Source of the DNA: Candidatus Bathyarchaeia archaeon
Lineage (GTDB): Archaea > Thermoproteota > CALKCG01 > B24
Length of the DNA: 64,000 nt
Assembly: GCA_038870975.1 (NCBI GenBank)
Contig: JAVZJD010000001.1
Span: 128,001 to 192,000 of the forward strand
Direction of reading: 5' to 3'
Shown: piece by piece, positions 20,814 to 29,821 of the stretch
Layout: every line of letters starts with the position of its first letter
Numbering within the stretch: the first letter of the stretch is position 1
The notes under the pieces: model-generated
What the model saw: only the letters and a program-made list of their open reading frames with translations
The model's database searches: none
What the model was told of the DNA's origin: nothing
Program-made: the position numbers and the translations under genes

Positions 20814-22112
20814 ATGAGTCAGAAACCCCATTTAAACTTAGTAGTCTGCGGACACGTAGATCATGGGAAGAGCACTCTAACAGGACACCTGTTATACTTA
20901 ACGGGTGCTGTAGATGAGAGAACGATAAAGGAGTATGAAGAGCAGGCTAAAGCCCTAGGTAAGGAGACGTTCAAGTATGCTTGGGTTTTAGATACGCTTA
21001 AGGAAGAAAGAGAGAGAGGACTAACGATAGACTTAGAGTTTGTAAAATTTGAAACAGATAAGTTCTTCTTCACGATCATCGATGCCCCAGGACATAGAGA
21101 CTTCATTAAGAACATGATTACTGGTGCAAGCCAAGCAGATGCCGCATTATTAGTGGTTTCAGCGAAGACCGGCGAATATGAAGTCTCAATACAACCTGGT
21201 GGGCAAGCTAGAGAACATGCCTTTCTGCTGATGACCCTAGGTGTTCGACAAATGGTTGTCGCTATCAACAAAATGGATGACGTTACTGTCAATTGGAGTC
21301 AGAAGAGGTTTGAAGAGTGTAAAAATGGAGTAATAAGACTCTTAAAGACAATTGGTTATAACGTTGAGAAAATACCAATAGTGCCGGTTTCAGGATGGAC
21401 TGGAGACAACATAGTCAAGCCTAGTGAGAAAATGCCGTGGTATAAAGGTCCAACACTTCTAGAAGCACTAGATGTATTCGAAGTCCCACCGAAACCAGTA
21501 GATAAGCCTTTGAGAATACCTATTCAAGACGTGTATACAATAACCGGTGTAGGAACTGTTCCAGTTGGAAGAGTGGAGACGGGGATTCTGAAAGAAGGCC
21601 AGACCGTAATATTCATGCCTTCCGGTGCTAAAGGAGAAGTCAGGTCTATTGAGACACACCACGTCAGAATTAAAGAGGCGTATCCAGGTGACAACATAGG
21701 CTTTAACGTTAGAGGCGTTTCTAAAACCGATATTAGGAGAGGAGATGTCGTTGGACCAGTTGATAATCCACCTACGGTAGCTAAAGAACTCATAGCTAGG
21801 ATAATAGTGGTCTATCACCCTACGGCTATAGCGGTAGGATACACACCAGTGATGCATATTCACACTGCCCACGTTCCATGTAAATTTGTCGAATTAATTA
21901 GGAAAATAAACCCGAGGACTGGTGAAACGATCGAAGAGAATCCTCCATTCCTTAGAACAGGTGAGTGCGCAATAGTAAGACTGCAACCTCTTAAACCCGT
22001 TGTAGCTGAAGAGTACACTGTTATCCCTCAACTCGGTAGATTTGCGATTAGAGACATGGGTACTACGATTGCAGCGGGCATAATTGAGAAGATAACTATA
22101 AAAGGACCATGA
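20814..22112 (+). CDS. tuf: Translation elongation factor aEF-1alpha
   Basis: GHVDHGKST, RERGLTI, DAPGHRDF, NKMD, GRFAIRDMG. Confidence 0.99.
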   Translation: MSQKPHLNLVVCGHVDHGKSTLTGHLLYLTGAVDERTIKEYEEQAKALGKETFKYAWVLDTLKEERERGLTIDLEFVKFETDKFFFTIIDAPGHRDFIKNMITGASQADAALLVVSAKTGEYEVSIQPGGQAREHAFLLMTLGVRQMVVAINKMDDVTVNWSQKRFEECKNGVIRLLKTIGYNVEKIPIVPVSGWTGDNIVKPSEKMPWYKGPTLLEALDVFEVPPKPVDKPLRIPIQDVYTITGVGTVPVGRVETGILKEGQTVIFMPSGAKGEVRSIETHHVRIKEAYPGDNIGFNVRGVSKTDIRRGDVVGPVDNPPTVAKELIARIIVVYHPTAIAVGYTPVMHIHTAHVPCKFVELIRKINPRTGETIEENPPFLRTGECAIVRLQPLKPVVAEEYTVIPQLGRFAIRDMGTTIAAGIIEKITIKGP

Positions 22113-22186
22113 TATACTTGCATGGAAGTCGTTTAACTCTTCTCAAGTATTTTTCTCTATTAGACGAAGGGTTTGGAGGTTAATGT

Positions 22187-22579
22187 TTGAAGTTTAAATT
22201 CCCCAAATATTTTTTAGCGATAATTTTGATAGGCGTATCACTCTACTTAAGTTGTGGGGGATTATACGTATTAATCGAAGGGCGGGAAGAGAACATTGTA
22301 ACTCAACCTTGGGTTGTAGTACAATGGGGGCAATCTCAAAGGATATCTTTGACAATACCTGGGTTAAGGAGTCAAACATTGGGTGAGGGTTATATCGTAG
22401 TTATCATATTCACATTATTCGCCTTAGGACTTTCCATGCCTTACCTATGTTTAAAATTTAAGGTTGATGTGAAGACTATGAGAAATATAATCATGGCTTC
22501 TATGATTCTTCTAATCGTATCGGCATATTTAATTTTCAGTATATACTTCTCTAAGTATTGGGGTGTGCCGTGGCCTTAA
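22187..22579 (+). CDS. Three-TM protein resembling oligosaccharyltransferase accessory subunits OST3/OST6 (TM part) and DC2/OSTC
   Basis: TM1 ending GGLY, a loop, QTLGEG at the start of TM2, and TM3 ending SIYFSKYWGVPW. These match remembered DC2 (GGIIY...QYIMEG) and MAGT1 (SIFRSKYHGYPY) patterns. Confidence 0.62.
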   Translation: MKFKFPKYFLAIILIGVSLYLSCGGLYVLIEGREENIVTQPWVVVQWGQSQRISLTIPGLRSQTLGEGYIVVIIFTLFALGLSMPYLCLKFKVDVKTMRNIIMASMILLIVSAYLIFSIYFSKYWGVPWP

Positions 22580-23241
22580 ACTTCTTCAACCCCCTTAGAC
22601 GTGATTAAAACAGTAGTTGTAGCCATTTTACCCGTAATTTCGTTCTTCTCAATAGTTATTCTCCTTAGATTTGGTTTACCCGTTAGCTCCATTCTAATAA
22701 CTACTGGCGACCAAAATTTTAAAACCCTGCTAGCGACAGGTTCTAAGCCTCTTTTCTCTAAACTCCTAGCCTGACTTATAGATAAGCAAGCTATGTTAAA
22801 CACTTTTGCCATTTTACTTAGATACGCCATCTGCCTATTAAGCTCCCTATTGAGACCAAATGAATCTTTAGTCTGTGAAAGTTCAATTCTGTATAGTTTC
22901 GTGATTGAGTCAAGGATTAGTAATGCTACACCTCTACTAATGTAGCGGTCAAGAGATTCTACTATATGGGTCTGCTCACTGAAAGACGTAGGACGTAGTA
23001 TCGCTATCCTCTGTAGGACTTCATCTGTAAGACTTTCATCCATTTGTAAAAGCCTCATTGAACTGAGTCTTTCGTCAGAATCTATGTATATCGTCTTAAA
23101 CCCTTTTAGTGCGGCTTTAACCACAGTTTGGAGGGCTAACGTGGATTTGCCCGAGCCAGCTTCACCGTAGATAAGTGTTATACTACTCCTAGGGAATCCT
23201 CCTCCAAGTGTTGTATCTAAAGTTCGACACCCAGTGGGCAA
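22576..23241 (-). CDS. radB: RadB-like RecA/Rad51 paralog
   Basis: TGCRTLDTTLGGG, Walker A GEAGSGKS, LLILDS, SQ. ATPase core only, 221 aa. Confidence 0.8.
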   Translation of the reverse strand: MPTGCRTLDTTLGGGFPRSSITLIYGEAGSGKSTLALQTVVKAALKGFKTIYIDSDERLSSMRLLQMDESLTDEVLQRIAILRPTSFSEQTHIVESLDRYISRGVALLILDSITKLYRIELSQTKDSFGLNRELNRQMAYLSKMAKVFNIACLSISQARSLEKRGLEPVASRVLKFWSPVVIRMELTGKPNLRRITIEKNEITGKMATTTVLITSKGVEEV

Positions 23242-23361
23242 ACTCAGGATGAATACGCCTCCAATAGCTTACAATTACTCTTAAAATTTAGGTTTTTATC
23301 TTCCATCATGGTACTGTGAAAAGATAAATTCCCCCTTATCTAATAGTGTTAAGAGATTAAT

Positions 23362-24678
23362 ATGGAGAAAAGCAGATTAAGACGTTTTGAAATCGAAGCT
23401 GGAGAGTGTTTACTGATAGGTGGACCAGCACAGTTGAAGATAGTTGAAGGAAAAATTGAAGCATTAGGGGTTGAACTGAGCAGAGGAGGGAGGGTTGTTG
23501 TAAGAGTTTTCAGAGCTATCCCCATCAGAGGCCTTGAAAAAAGTCTTCTCGAAGTAGAACACGGTCTCAATGGGTTTATTGAACGTATAGATAAGCCTTA
23601 CCCTCCTGAGTGGGTACAAGTAGTTGATAAGGTTTTAGAGGTCAAGGGTACCGTGCTAATTGTAGGCGCAGTAGATGTCGGAAAATCCACTCTCTGCACT
23701 CTCATCACTAATCGTATGCTATTAAAAGGCTTAAAAGTCGGCGTTATAGAGGGCGACGTCGGTCAAGCTGAGATAGGCCCGCCAACAACCGTAAGTCTTG
23801 CCATACCTAAACTACCATCACCCGACTTATTTAGACAAGACCCCATGACTTCTGAATTCATAGGGTCTACAAGCCCCATGGGTTTTGAAGAAGAGATAAT
23901 AGAGGCTATACGTAAACTTAAGAACGAGGCTGAAAACTTAGGGGTGGACTTACTAGTAGTCAATACGGATGGTTGGATTGAAGACGAGAAAGCCGTAACG
24001 TATAAAGTCAAATTAGCAGATACATTGAAACCTTCACTAGTAGTCGTTCTTAGCAACGAGGAGGAACTAGAAGAGCTTAAAAGAAGACTTTCCGAAAAAT
24101 TTAACGTCATCATAGTTCCGCAGTTATCTAGAGCTAGGAAAAGAAGTAGAGAAGCGCGTAAGGAGTTGAGAGAGCTTAGCTATCAGAAAAATTTGAGGGG
24201 GTCTACCGTAAGATCGATACCTATAAGCTGGATAAGGATTTTAAACCACGACCTAGGTACTGGAGTTGTTTTGAGCGATGATAGATTTAAGAAACTTAAT
24301 GAGCAACTCAATGGGGGACTGGTTTACGGGGAAGAAACACCCAATGGTCTACTCTTGGTTTTAAACGGAAGATTTGTCTCTTCTAAAGACTCCATTAAAA
24401 GGGTATTCGAAGGACAAAGCCGACCTGTAAGCATTATATGGCTTGGGTCAGAAAGAGGACTCATAGTTGGCCTATATAATAGGGAGGGGAAGTTTATCGG
24501 CATAGGTGTCATAGAGGAGATAGATTATAAAAGAAGGATTTTAAAGATTCATACACCATGCCAACAGACGATAGGGATGATAAAGTTAGGTTGCATTAAG
24601 CTTGTAGAATCTTGGAAGGAAGTTGAGAAATACCCTAGTTGCCCCTTAAAACCCGTGAAACTGAATGATGTTCAATAA
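23362..24678 (+). CDS. Clp1/Nol9-family polynucleotide 5'-hydroxyl kinase
   Basis: GAVDVGKST, DVGQ..IGPP, VNTDGW and the Arg-rich lid 'RSREARKELRE'. Confidence 0.9.
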   Translation: MEKSRLRRFEIEAGECLLIGGPAQLKIVEGKIEALGVELSRGGRVVVRVFRAIPIRGLEKSLLEVEHGLNGFIERIDKPYPPEWVQVVDKVLEVKGTVLIVGAVDVGKSTLCTLITNRMLLKGLKVGVIEGDVGQAEIGPPTTVSLAIPKLPSPDLFRQDPMTSEFIGSTSPMGFEEEIIEAIRKLKNEAENLGVDLLVVNTDGWIEDEKAVTYKVKLADTLKPSLVVVLSNEEELEELKRRLSEKFNVIIVPQLSRARKRSREARKELRELSYQKNLRGSTVRSIPISWIRILNHDLGTGVVLSDDRFKKLNEQLNGGLVYGEETPNGLLLVLNGRFVSSKDSIKRVFEGQSRPVSIIWLGSERGLIVGLYNREGKFIGIGVIEEIDYKRRILKIHTPCQQTIGMIKLGCIKLVESWKEVEKYPSCPLKPVKLNDVQ

Positions 24679-24708
24679 CCCGGCAAATGCATCATCCATA
24701 GGATATAC

Positions 24709-25266
24709 CTAGATTAATTTTGCGCTTTTTAACGTATCTACGATCACCGTGGCAATATTATTGGGCAATTCATCTCTATTCGTAAATGAAACTTGAAATA
24801 TAATCGGGTTTTTACTGTTTAAAAGTTCTACTAAAGGATCGCTAATTTTATGGTGTAAAACGGCTATCACCAGTTTAGGGCTTCTAATTATATCTACGAC
24901 TGCTTCTCGGAAACGTCTACTTTTCAGCTCCATGGGTCCTATCTCGTCCAAAGCTACCACAGGTATACTTTCGCTTACCAATGCTCTTCTCAATGCCGCA
25001 ACTCCTATTTCTTCAAGGTCTTCTATCTTGACCCCATACCTACCAACTTTTATACCAGTTTTAAAGTCTGCTTTGGCAAGCCATCCCCATCGACCACTCT
25101 CCAAATCTTCAACTTTAAATCCAATTCTAACACCATCAACTCTTACCTCTCGACATATCATACCTCCAACCTGTAGACCTCTAGTTCTAAGTATCTGAAT
25201 AGTCTTCAATAAGACTGTGGTTTTACCTACTCCAGGCGGTCCTGTTATCACGATCTTTTTAGTCAT
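24709..25266 (-). CDS. THEP1/NTPCR-family NTPase
   Basis: ITGPPGVGKTT, VGRYGV, LDEIGPME. Confidence 0.93.
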   Translation of the reverse strand: MTKKIVITGPPGVGKTTVLLKTIQILRTRGLQVGGMICREVRVDGVRIGFKVEDLESGRWGWLAKADFKTGIKVGRYGVKIEDLEEIGVAALRRALVSESIPVVALDEIGPMELKSRRFREAVVDIIRSPKLVIAVLHHKISDPLVELLNSKNPIIFQVSFTNRDELPNNIATVIVDTLKSAKLI

Positions 25267-25353
25267 CTAGTCTTTTAAAACCCGAGAAAAGTTCTTAAAG
25301 TTAGTTGTATCAGGCTAGAAATGTTTTTAGCAAGCAACGGGGTTTATAGACTT

Positions 25354-25995
25354 ATGAGCTATCTAGAGGAGGAAGATATTAAAAAAGAGCTTATAGAAGT
25401 AATGAAGGTAATGCACGATAAAGGCTTGATGACGGGCATAGGTGGGAACGTTTCATACAGAATCCCTGAGACTAATGAGGTTTGGATAACGCCATCTGGG
25501 CTGTACAAGCCTAAACTAAGTACTGAAGACCTCGTTAAAATAGACTTAGATGGTAATTTATTGGAGGGTATCTACAAACCATCTATGGAATGGCCTATTC
25601 ACACATCAATATACAGACGGCGGGTTGATGTAAACTGCGTTCTCCACTGCCACCCACCATATGCAACTGGTTTAGTATTGGCTGGCGTAGAATTTAGACC
25701 CATAACTTTAGAGGCTGCTCTGATGATAGCTAGAGCGCCTATCGTTCCATTCATATATCCTGGAACTAAAGAGTTGGGTGAAGCTGTAGCCGAAGCCGCC
25801 ATGGGTAGCCGTATAATACTTCTTCAAAACCATGGAGCTATAACACTAGGCTATGACATCTATGAAGCAGTGACCGCTATGGAAATTTTAGAAGAATGTG
25901 CAAAAATGACTTTCGTAGCCAGATGTATGGGTGTTAAACCAGCCGAAATAACCGAACGGGATATTGAACTTCTAAGGAAGCTCTACAAGCTTTAA
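25354..25995 (+). CDS. Class II aldolase/adducin family protein (fuculose-1-phosphate aldolase-like)
   Basis: GGNVS, ITPSG, PSME..IH, HCH and NHG metal ligands. Start moved to ATG 25354. Confidence 0.88.
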   Translation: MSYLEEEDIKKELIEVMKVMHDKGLMTGIGGNVSYRIPETNEVWITPSGLYKPKLSTEDLVKIDLDGNLLEGIYKPSMEWPIHTSIYRRRVDVNCVLHCHPPYATGLVLAGVEFRPITLEAALMIARAPIVPFIYPGTKELGEAVAEAAMGSRIILLQNHGAITLGYDIYEAVTAMEILEECAKMTFVARCMGVKPAEITERDIELLRKLYKL

Positions 25996-26014
25996 AACGT
26001 TCAGACCGTAAATT

Positions 26015-26509
26015 CTAAGCCAAATATGTGACGTTCTCAGAGTCAAATCCTTTTATAAATTCAATGTTCTTAGGTTTCATTCTTACAGGGCGATTTAAGT
26101 CTTCATCGATTTCTTTAACCGATTGAAGAATCGACCGTATACCGTACTTGGATATCTTAGTTGCTGGATGGTCCTCGCCAAGGTTATTTTTACAAATTAT
26201 GTAGGCGAGTTCACTCGTGTAGGCTTCATCATAACCTAATGAATGGAGATATTCGTGTAATAGTACTTCAAATATGTAGCTTTTAATGATGTTTTCGTCA
26301 TCAGCTTCTCGTTTAAGTTTTTCGATAAGTTTCCGGTTTAAAACAATGATGTTTGGAGAATAGTATGCCGCCACTGTAGATGGCATATCTGATAAACCCA
26401 GCATTAGACCTACCCTACGTCTACCTAGAGTTCTATACACGGCCTTCTTAACTAAGAGGAAAATGTCGTTGAATTCACGGCTTTTAACTAATTCTTCAGC
26501 TATAGACAT
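26015..26509 (-). CDS. Minimal zincin-like metalloprotein
   Basis: VLLHEYLHSLGY (HExxH), preceded by beta-strand-like 'AAYYSPNIIVLN'. Confidence 0.65.
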   Translation of the reverse strand: MSIAEELVKSREFNDIFLLVKKAVYRTLGRRRVGLMLGLSDMPSTVAAYYSPNIIVLNRKLIEKLKREADDENIIKSYIFEVLLHEYLHSLGYDEAYTSELAYIICKNNLGEDHPATKISKYGIRSILQSVKEIDEDLNRPVRMKPKNIEFIKGFDSENVTYLA

Positions 26510-26563
26510 AGTCTTGACTATGGAGAGACAACTTCTCTATTAAACTTTACTCGCTTCTTAAGG

Positions 26564-26836
26564 CTAACGGTACAAGTGAGACTCTACAACTATTGTTGGA
26601 TCTATACGCTTGATTAATGCAACTATTCTTCCGAAGTTTCTTTTAAACTCCTCTTCATTCCATTTAAATCCCGTTATAACGGCTAGATTCCGTGAAGGCA
26701 TCAACTGAATGAAGGCTATGAAATGTTTACCTCTTATGAAGTATTCATAAGCGTGCATTCTAACGCCATAGCCTTCTTCTCTTAGAGAATTCAGTAGTTT
26801 AAGTCTACCAGTTTGCGACTCAAATATTTTACTCAT
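26564..26836 (-). CDS. Hypothetical protein
   Basis: 90 aa ORF starting 4 nt after the HMG-CoA synthase fusion, same strand, filling the gap. Confidence 0.6.
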   Translation of the reverse strand: MSKIFESQTGRLKLLNSLREEGYGVRMHAYEYFIRGKHFIAFIQLMPSRNLAVITGFKWNEEEFKRNFGRIVALIKRIDPTIVVESHLYR

Positions 26837-26839
26837 GGA

Positions 26840-28351
26840 TTAGAGTCCACTCGACTCTTTCCACTTTCTATAAGTTGAGTAGTCTACATACTGACGTTTC
26901 GGATTCTTCACCTGGGAAAGTACAGGTATACACCTCTCCCGTTTTTCTTCAATCTTCTCAGTAACCGTGAAAATATATGCATCACTGCCAGCACCAGACC
27001 CATAGCTAACCATTAAAATTCTACAGCCCGGTTCCGCAATGTCGAGTAATGCTGCTAAAGCCGTCGGACTTGACCCAGAGTACAAATTGCCTATATACTG
27101 TGCTACAAGACTTGGCTTAATTTGGTCCATAGAGAAGCCTGCGTCTAAAGCTGCCCTCACAGGAAATTTCACATTGGGAGAGTGTAAGGCAACGTAGGAT
27201 ATATCGCCTGGTGTTAACCCCGACTCTTTCAATATACCTTTTATGGCCGATAGTATGTGCTTAAAGTATGCTGGTTCTCCAGTAAATCTCCCCCCATGCC
27301 TAGGATACTTTTCGCCCTCCCTTCTGTAGAAGTCTGGAGTATCAGAGGTATATGATACATAATAATCGAGCGTAGCAATTACATCTCTCTTACCGAATAT
27401 GTATGCTGCAGCTCCAGCTCCAACTGTATAATCTAATGGATCTCCAGGAGCCGCCTGAGAATTATCGGCTCCTATAACCATTACGTATTCTCCCCTAAAT
27501 ACTGGAGATTCAACTAAGGCTACGGCATCTATGAATAAGTCTGTGGCGGCTTTACACGCAAACTGCGTATCCAAACCACCGGAAAAGAAGCCGTCTTCAT
27601 ACGGTTCTCCGATCTTCAGAGCCTGTATAACCGTGGAAGCCGAAGGTTTAACAGCGTATGGCGTAGACTCAGAACCTACGTAACACTTTTTAATGTAACG
27701 TCCGTCTAAAGCGGCATGTATTAAAGCTCTTCTACCCGCTTCTACGGCAAAAGTCGTCGCATCTTCATCTGGAAAAGGCACCGCCCTCTCTAATATACCT
27801 GCACCTATAGAGGGGTCTTCATTTTTAATTCTAAACTTAGGTATGTATATTCCATAGCCTACGATGCCTGGTTTTTCGGATTTCTCTGAAGGTTTTAGAG
27901 GCCTATAGTCTTTAACCTCGTAATAATCTTCTACGAAAGAGAAGACTAAGCTTGAATAGTATATTAATCCACTTTCGCCGTCGACGTAAAGTCTTCTAAA
28001 TCTAGGTATCACCTCCTTACCTATAAACTCAGATATGTCAACCTCTGAATCGTCTACCACAAAATCCGTGATCCTACCTGGAACTTTAACCTCTCCGTTA
28101 AAATCGATGATCCCGGTAACAAATGAACCTAAATACAAAAACTTATTTGTAGGCCTCCTTATGACGGTCCCAGCATAAAACACTCCTTTACGATGGAAAT
28201 ATTCTTCATAGGTTATTCTGCTTTTCCGCCCTTCAACATCGCAGAATGGTTTGGGTGGAAAATACCGCCTACCGCAGATTTCACATCTACTTATCCTAAT
28301 GCCATAATCCACTGTAATTTTCCTTCTAGTTATAGGCTCACTCATAATCAA
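26840..28351 (-). CDS. DUF35 (Zn-ribbon/OB)-HMG-CoA synthase fusion
   Basis: About aa 1-140: CEIC..YFPPKPFC, then OB strands 'VIPRFRRL...GLIYY'. From about aa 160: HMGCS motifs GSES, FACKAAT, GAGAAA, RFTGEPAYFKH, HSPN.KFP, IGNLYSGS, SYGSGAGSD. Confidence 0.92.
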   Translation of the reverse strand: MIMSEPITRRKITVDYGIRISRCEICGRRYFPPKPFCDVEGRKSRITYEEYFHRKGVFYAGTVIRRPTNKFLYLGSFVTGIIDFNGEVKVPGRITDFVVDDSEVDISEFIGKEVIPRFRRLYVDGESGLIYYSSLVFSFVEDYYEVKDYRPLKPSEKSEKPGIVGYGIYIPKFRIKNEDPSIGAGILERAVPFPDEDATTFAVEAGRRALIHAALDGRYIKKCYVGSESTPYAVKPSASTVIQALKIGEPYEDGFFSGGLDTQFACKAATDLFIDAVALVESPVFRGEYVMVIGADNSQAAPGDPLDYTVGAGAAAYIFGKRDVIATLDYYVSYTSDTPDFYRREGEKYPRHGGRFTGEPAYFKHILSAIKGILKESGLTPGDISYVALHSPNVKFPVRAALDAGFSMDQIKPSLVAQYIGNLYSGSSPTALAALLDIAEPGCRILMVSYGSGAGSDAYIFTVTEKIEEKRERCIPVLSQVKNPKRQYVDYSTYRKWKESSGL

Positions 28352-29580
28352 ACCTCCTTAGCTAATATGTGGACGTTTGCTATTCCACCGCTACCACCTA
28401 TGTTATGGCATAGCGCGTAGTTAATGCCCCCTTCAATGCTAACTTGGTTTTCACCGGCTTCATTTCGCATCTGTTTAAAGCATTCATAGATTTGTCTGAG
28501 CCCAGTGGCTCCAACAGGATGCCCATCAGCTTTAAGTCCACCTCCTACATTTACGAAGAGTTCCCACCCATCTCCTACATACGGTATGTGCTTTGAGCCG
28601 CTGAATGAATCTATGCTTTCGTATATTCCTTTCCAGCCTTCGCCTTTACGGTAGAAGCCTGAATCCTCCATAAATAGACATTCCTCTATTGTGAAACAAT
28701 CGTGAGCCTCAGCTATTCGAACATCTTTAAACATTATACCAGCTTCTTTCAAGGCTTTAGTTACAGCAAGCCTAGTGGCTCTAATCTCTAACGTAGATAT
28801 CCTACTGAATAGTGATACATGGTCTGTGGCCTGTTGAGAAGCAACCACGTAAACTGGGTCGTCTGTATACCTTCTAGCGATCTCTGGATTACACAATACT
28901 ACGGCTACGGCTCCGTCCGACACCGGGCTGCAGTGTAGTAATCTTATTGGGTCGGCTATCAGTACAGATTTAAAAACATCCTCAACTCGTATTTCGCTTC
29001 TAAATTGTGCGTATGGATTCCTTACGGCGTGGTGATGGTTCTTCACGGCTATTTGAGCTAGTGCTATTCTACATTTATCATCGTTCCTTCCAAACTCGTA
29101 AATATACCTAGCCATCATCGTCGCGTATAAGCCTGAAAAAGTGAACCCAGAATCGAATTCGTGCGGATCAGCTGCGAACATGAGGTCGTCTACGATTTTC
29201 CCATATCTATCGGTCATTTTCTCAAACCCGCCAACTAGCACGACATCATAAATACCAGACTTTATAGCTAAGCAAGCATTATGTAGAGCTGAGCTACTTG
29301 AAGCACACGCCGCTTCTGTCTGGGTCATAGGCACATTCAGACCGAGCTCTCTAGAGATGTAGCCTGGAACTAGGCCTAGCTTATTCGTAACTTGGTACAT
29401 GAAGCTTCCAAAGTAACATGCTTGAATATCAGCTCTATGAAGGCCTTTATCTACGGATTCTAAAGCGTCTAAGCCAGCTTTAACAACCATACTCTCTGGG
29501 TTTTCATACCAAAGCTCTCCAAACCTCGTTCTACCAACTCCTATGATAGCGGCATAAGGCTTTCCAGTCATAGTTAACAA
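28348..29580 (-). CDS. Archaeal acetoacetyl-CoA thiolase
   Basis: EAACASS (catalytic Cys), GFEKM, CSPVSDGA, HDCF, GGLKADGHPVGATG, HNIGG. Confidence 0.93.
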   Translation of the reverse strand: MLTMTGKPYAAIIGVGRTRFGELWYENPESMVVKAGLDALESVDKGLHRADIQACYFGSFMYQVTNKLGLVPGYISRELGLNVPMTQTEAACASSSSALHNACLAIKSGIYDVVLVGGFEKMTDRYGKIVDDLMFAADPHEFDSGFTFSGLYATMMARYIYEFGRNDDKCRIALAQIAVKNHHHAVRNPYAQFRSEIRVEDVFKSVLIADPIRLLHCSPVSDGAVAVVLCNPEIARRYTDDPVYVVASQQATDHVSLFSRISTLEIRATRLAVTKALKEAGIMFKDVRIAEAHDCFTIEECLFMEDSGFYRKGEGWKGIYESIDSFSGSKHIPYVGDGWELFVNVGGGLKADGHPVGATGLRQIYECFKQMRNEAGENQVSIEGGINYALCHNIGGSGGIANVHILAKEV

Positions 29581-29821
29581 TGAAACATAGCGTATTTCCG
29601 ATTTAAAAGTTTCCTATGCATCGGGTGAGTACCCTTAAACTTCTTATTGGAAATAGGGCTACAGTGAATTAAAATAATCATTATATTCAAGGTTTTTAGG
29701 AAGAACCTGAATATGTCTACAATTAGACAATAGTGCGAAGTTAAAGCAGAGGACTGGAGGACAGTATTTCTTGGACAGTTAGAGTTCCAAGATAACCATT
29801 CTGAAAAAATGGGGAGAAGTT

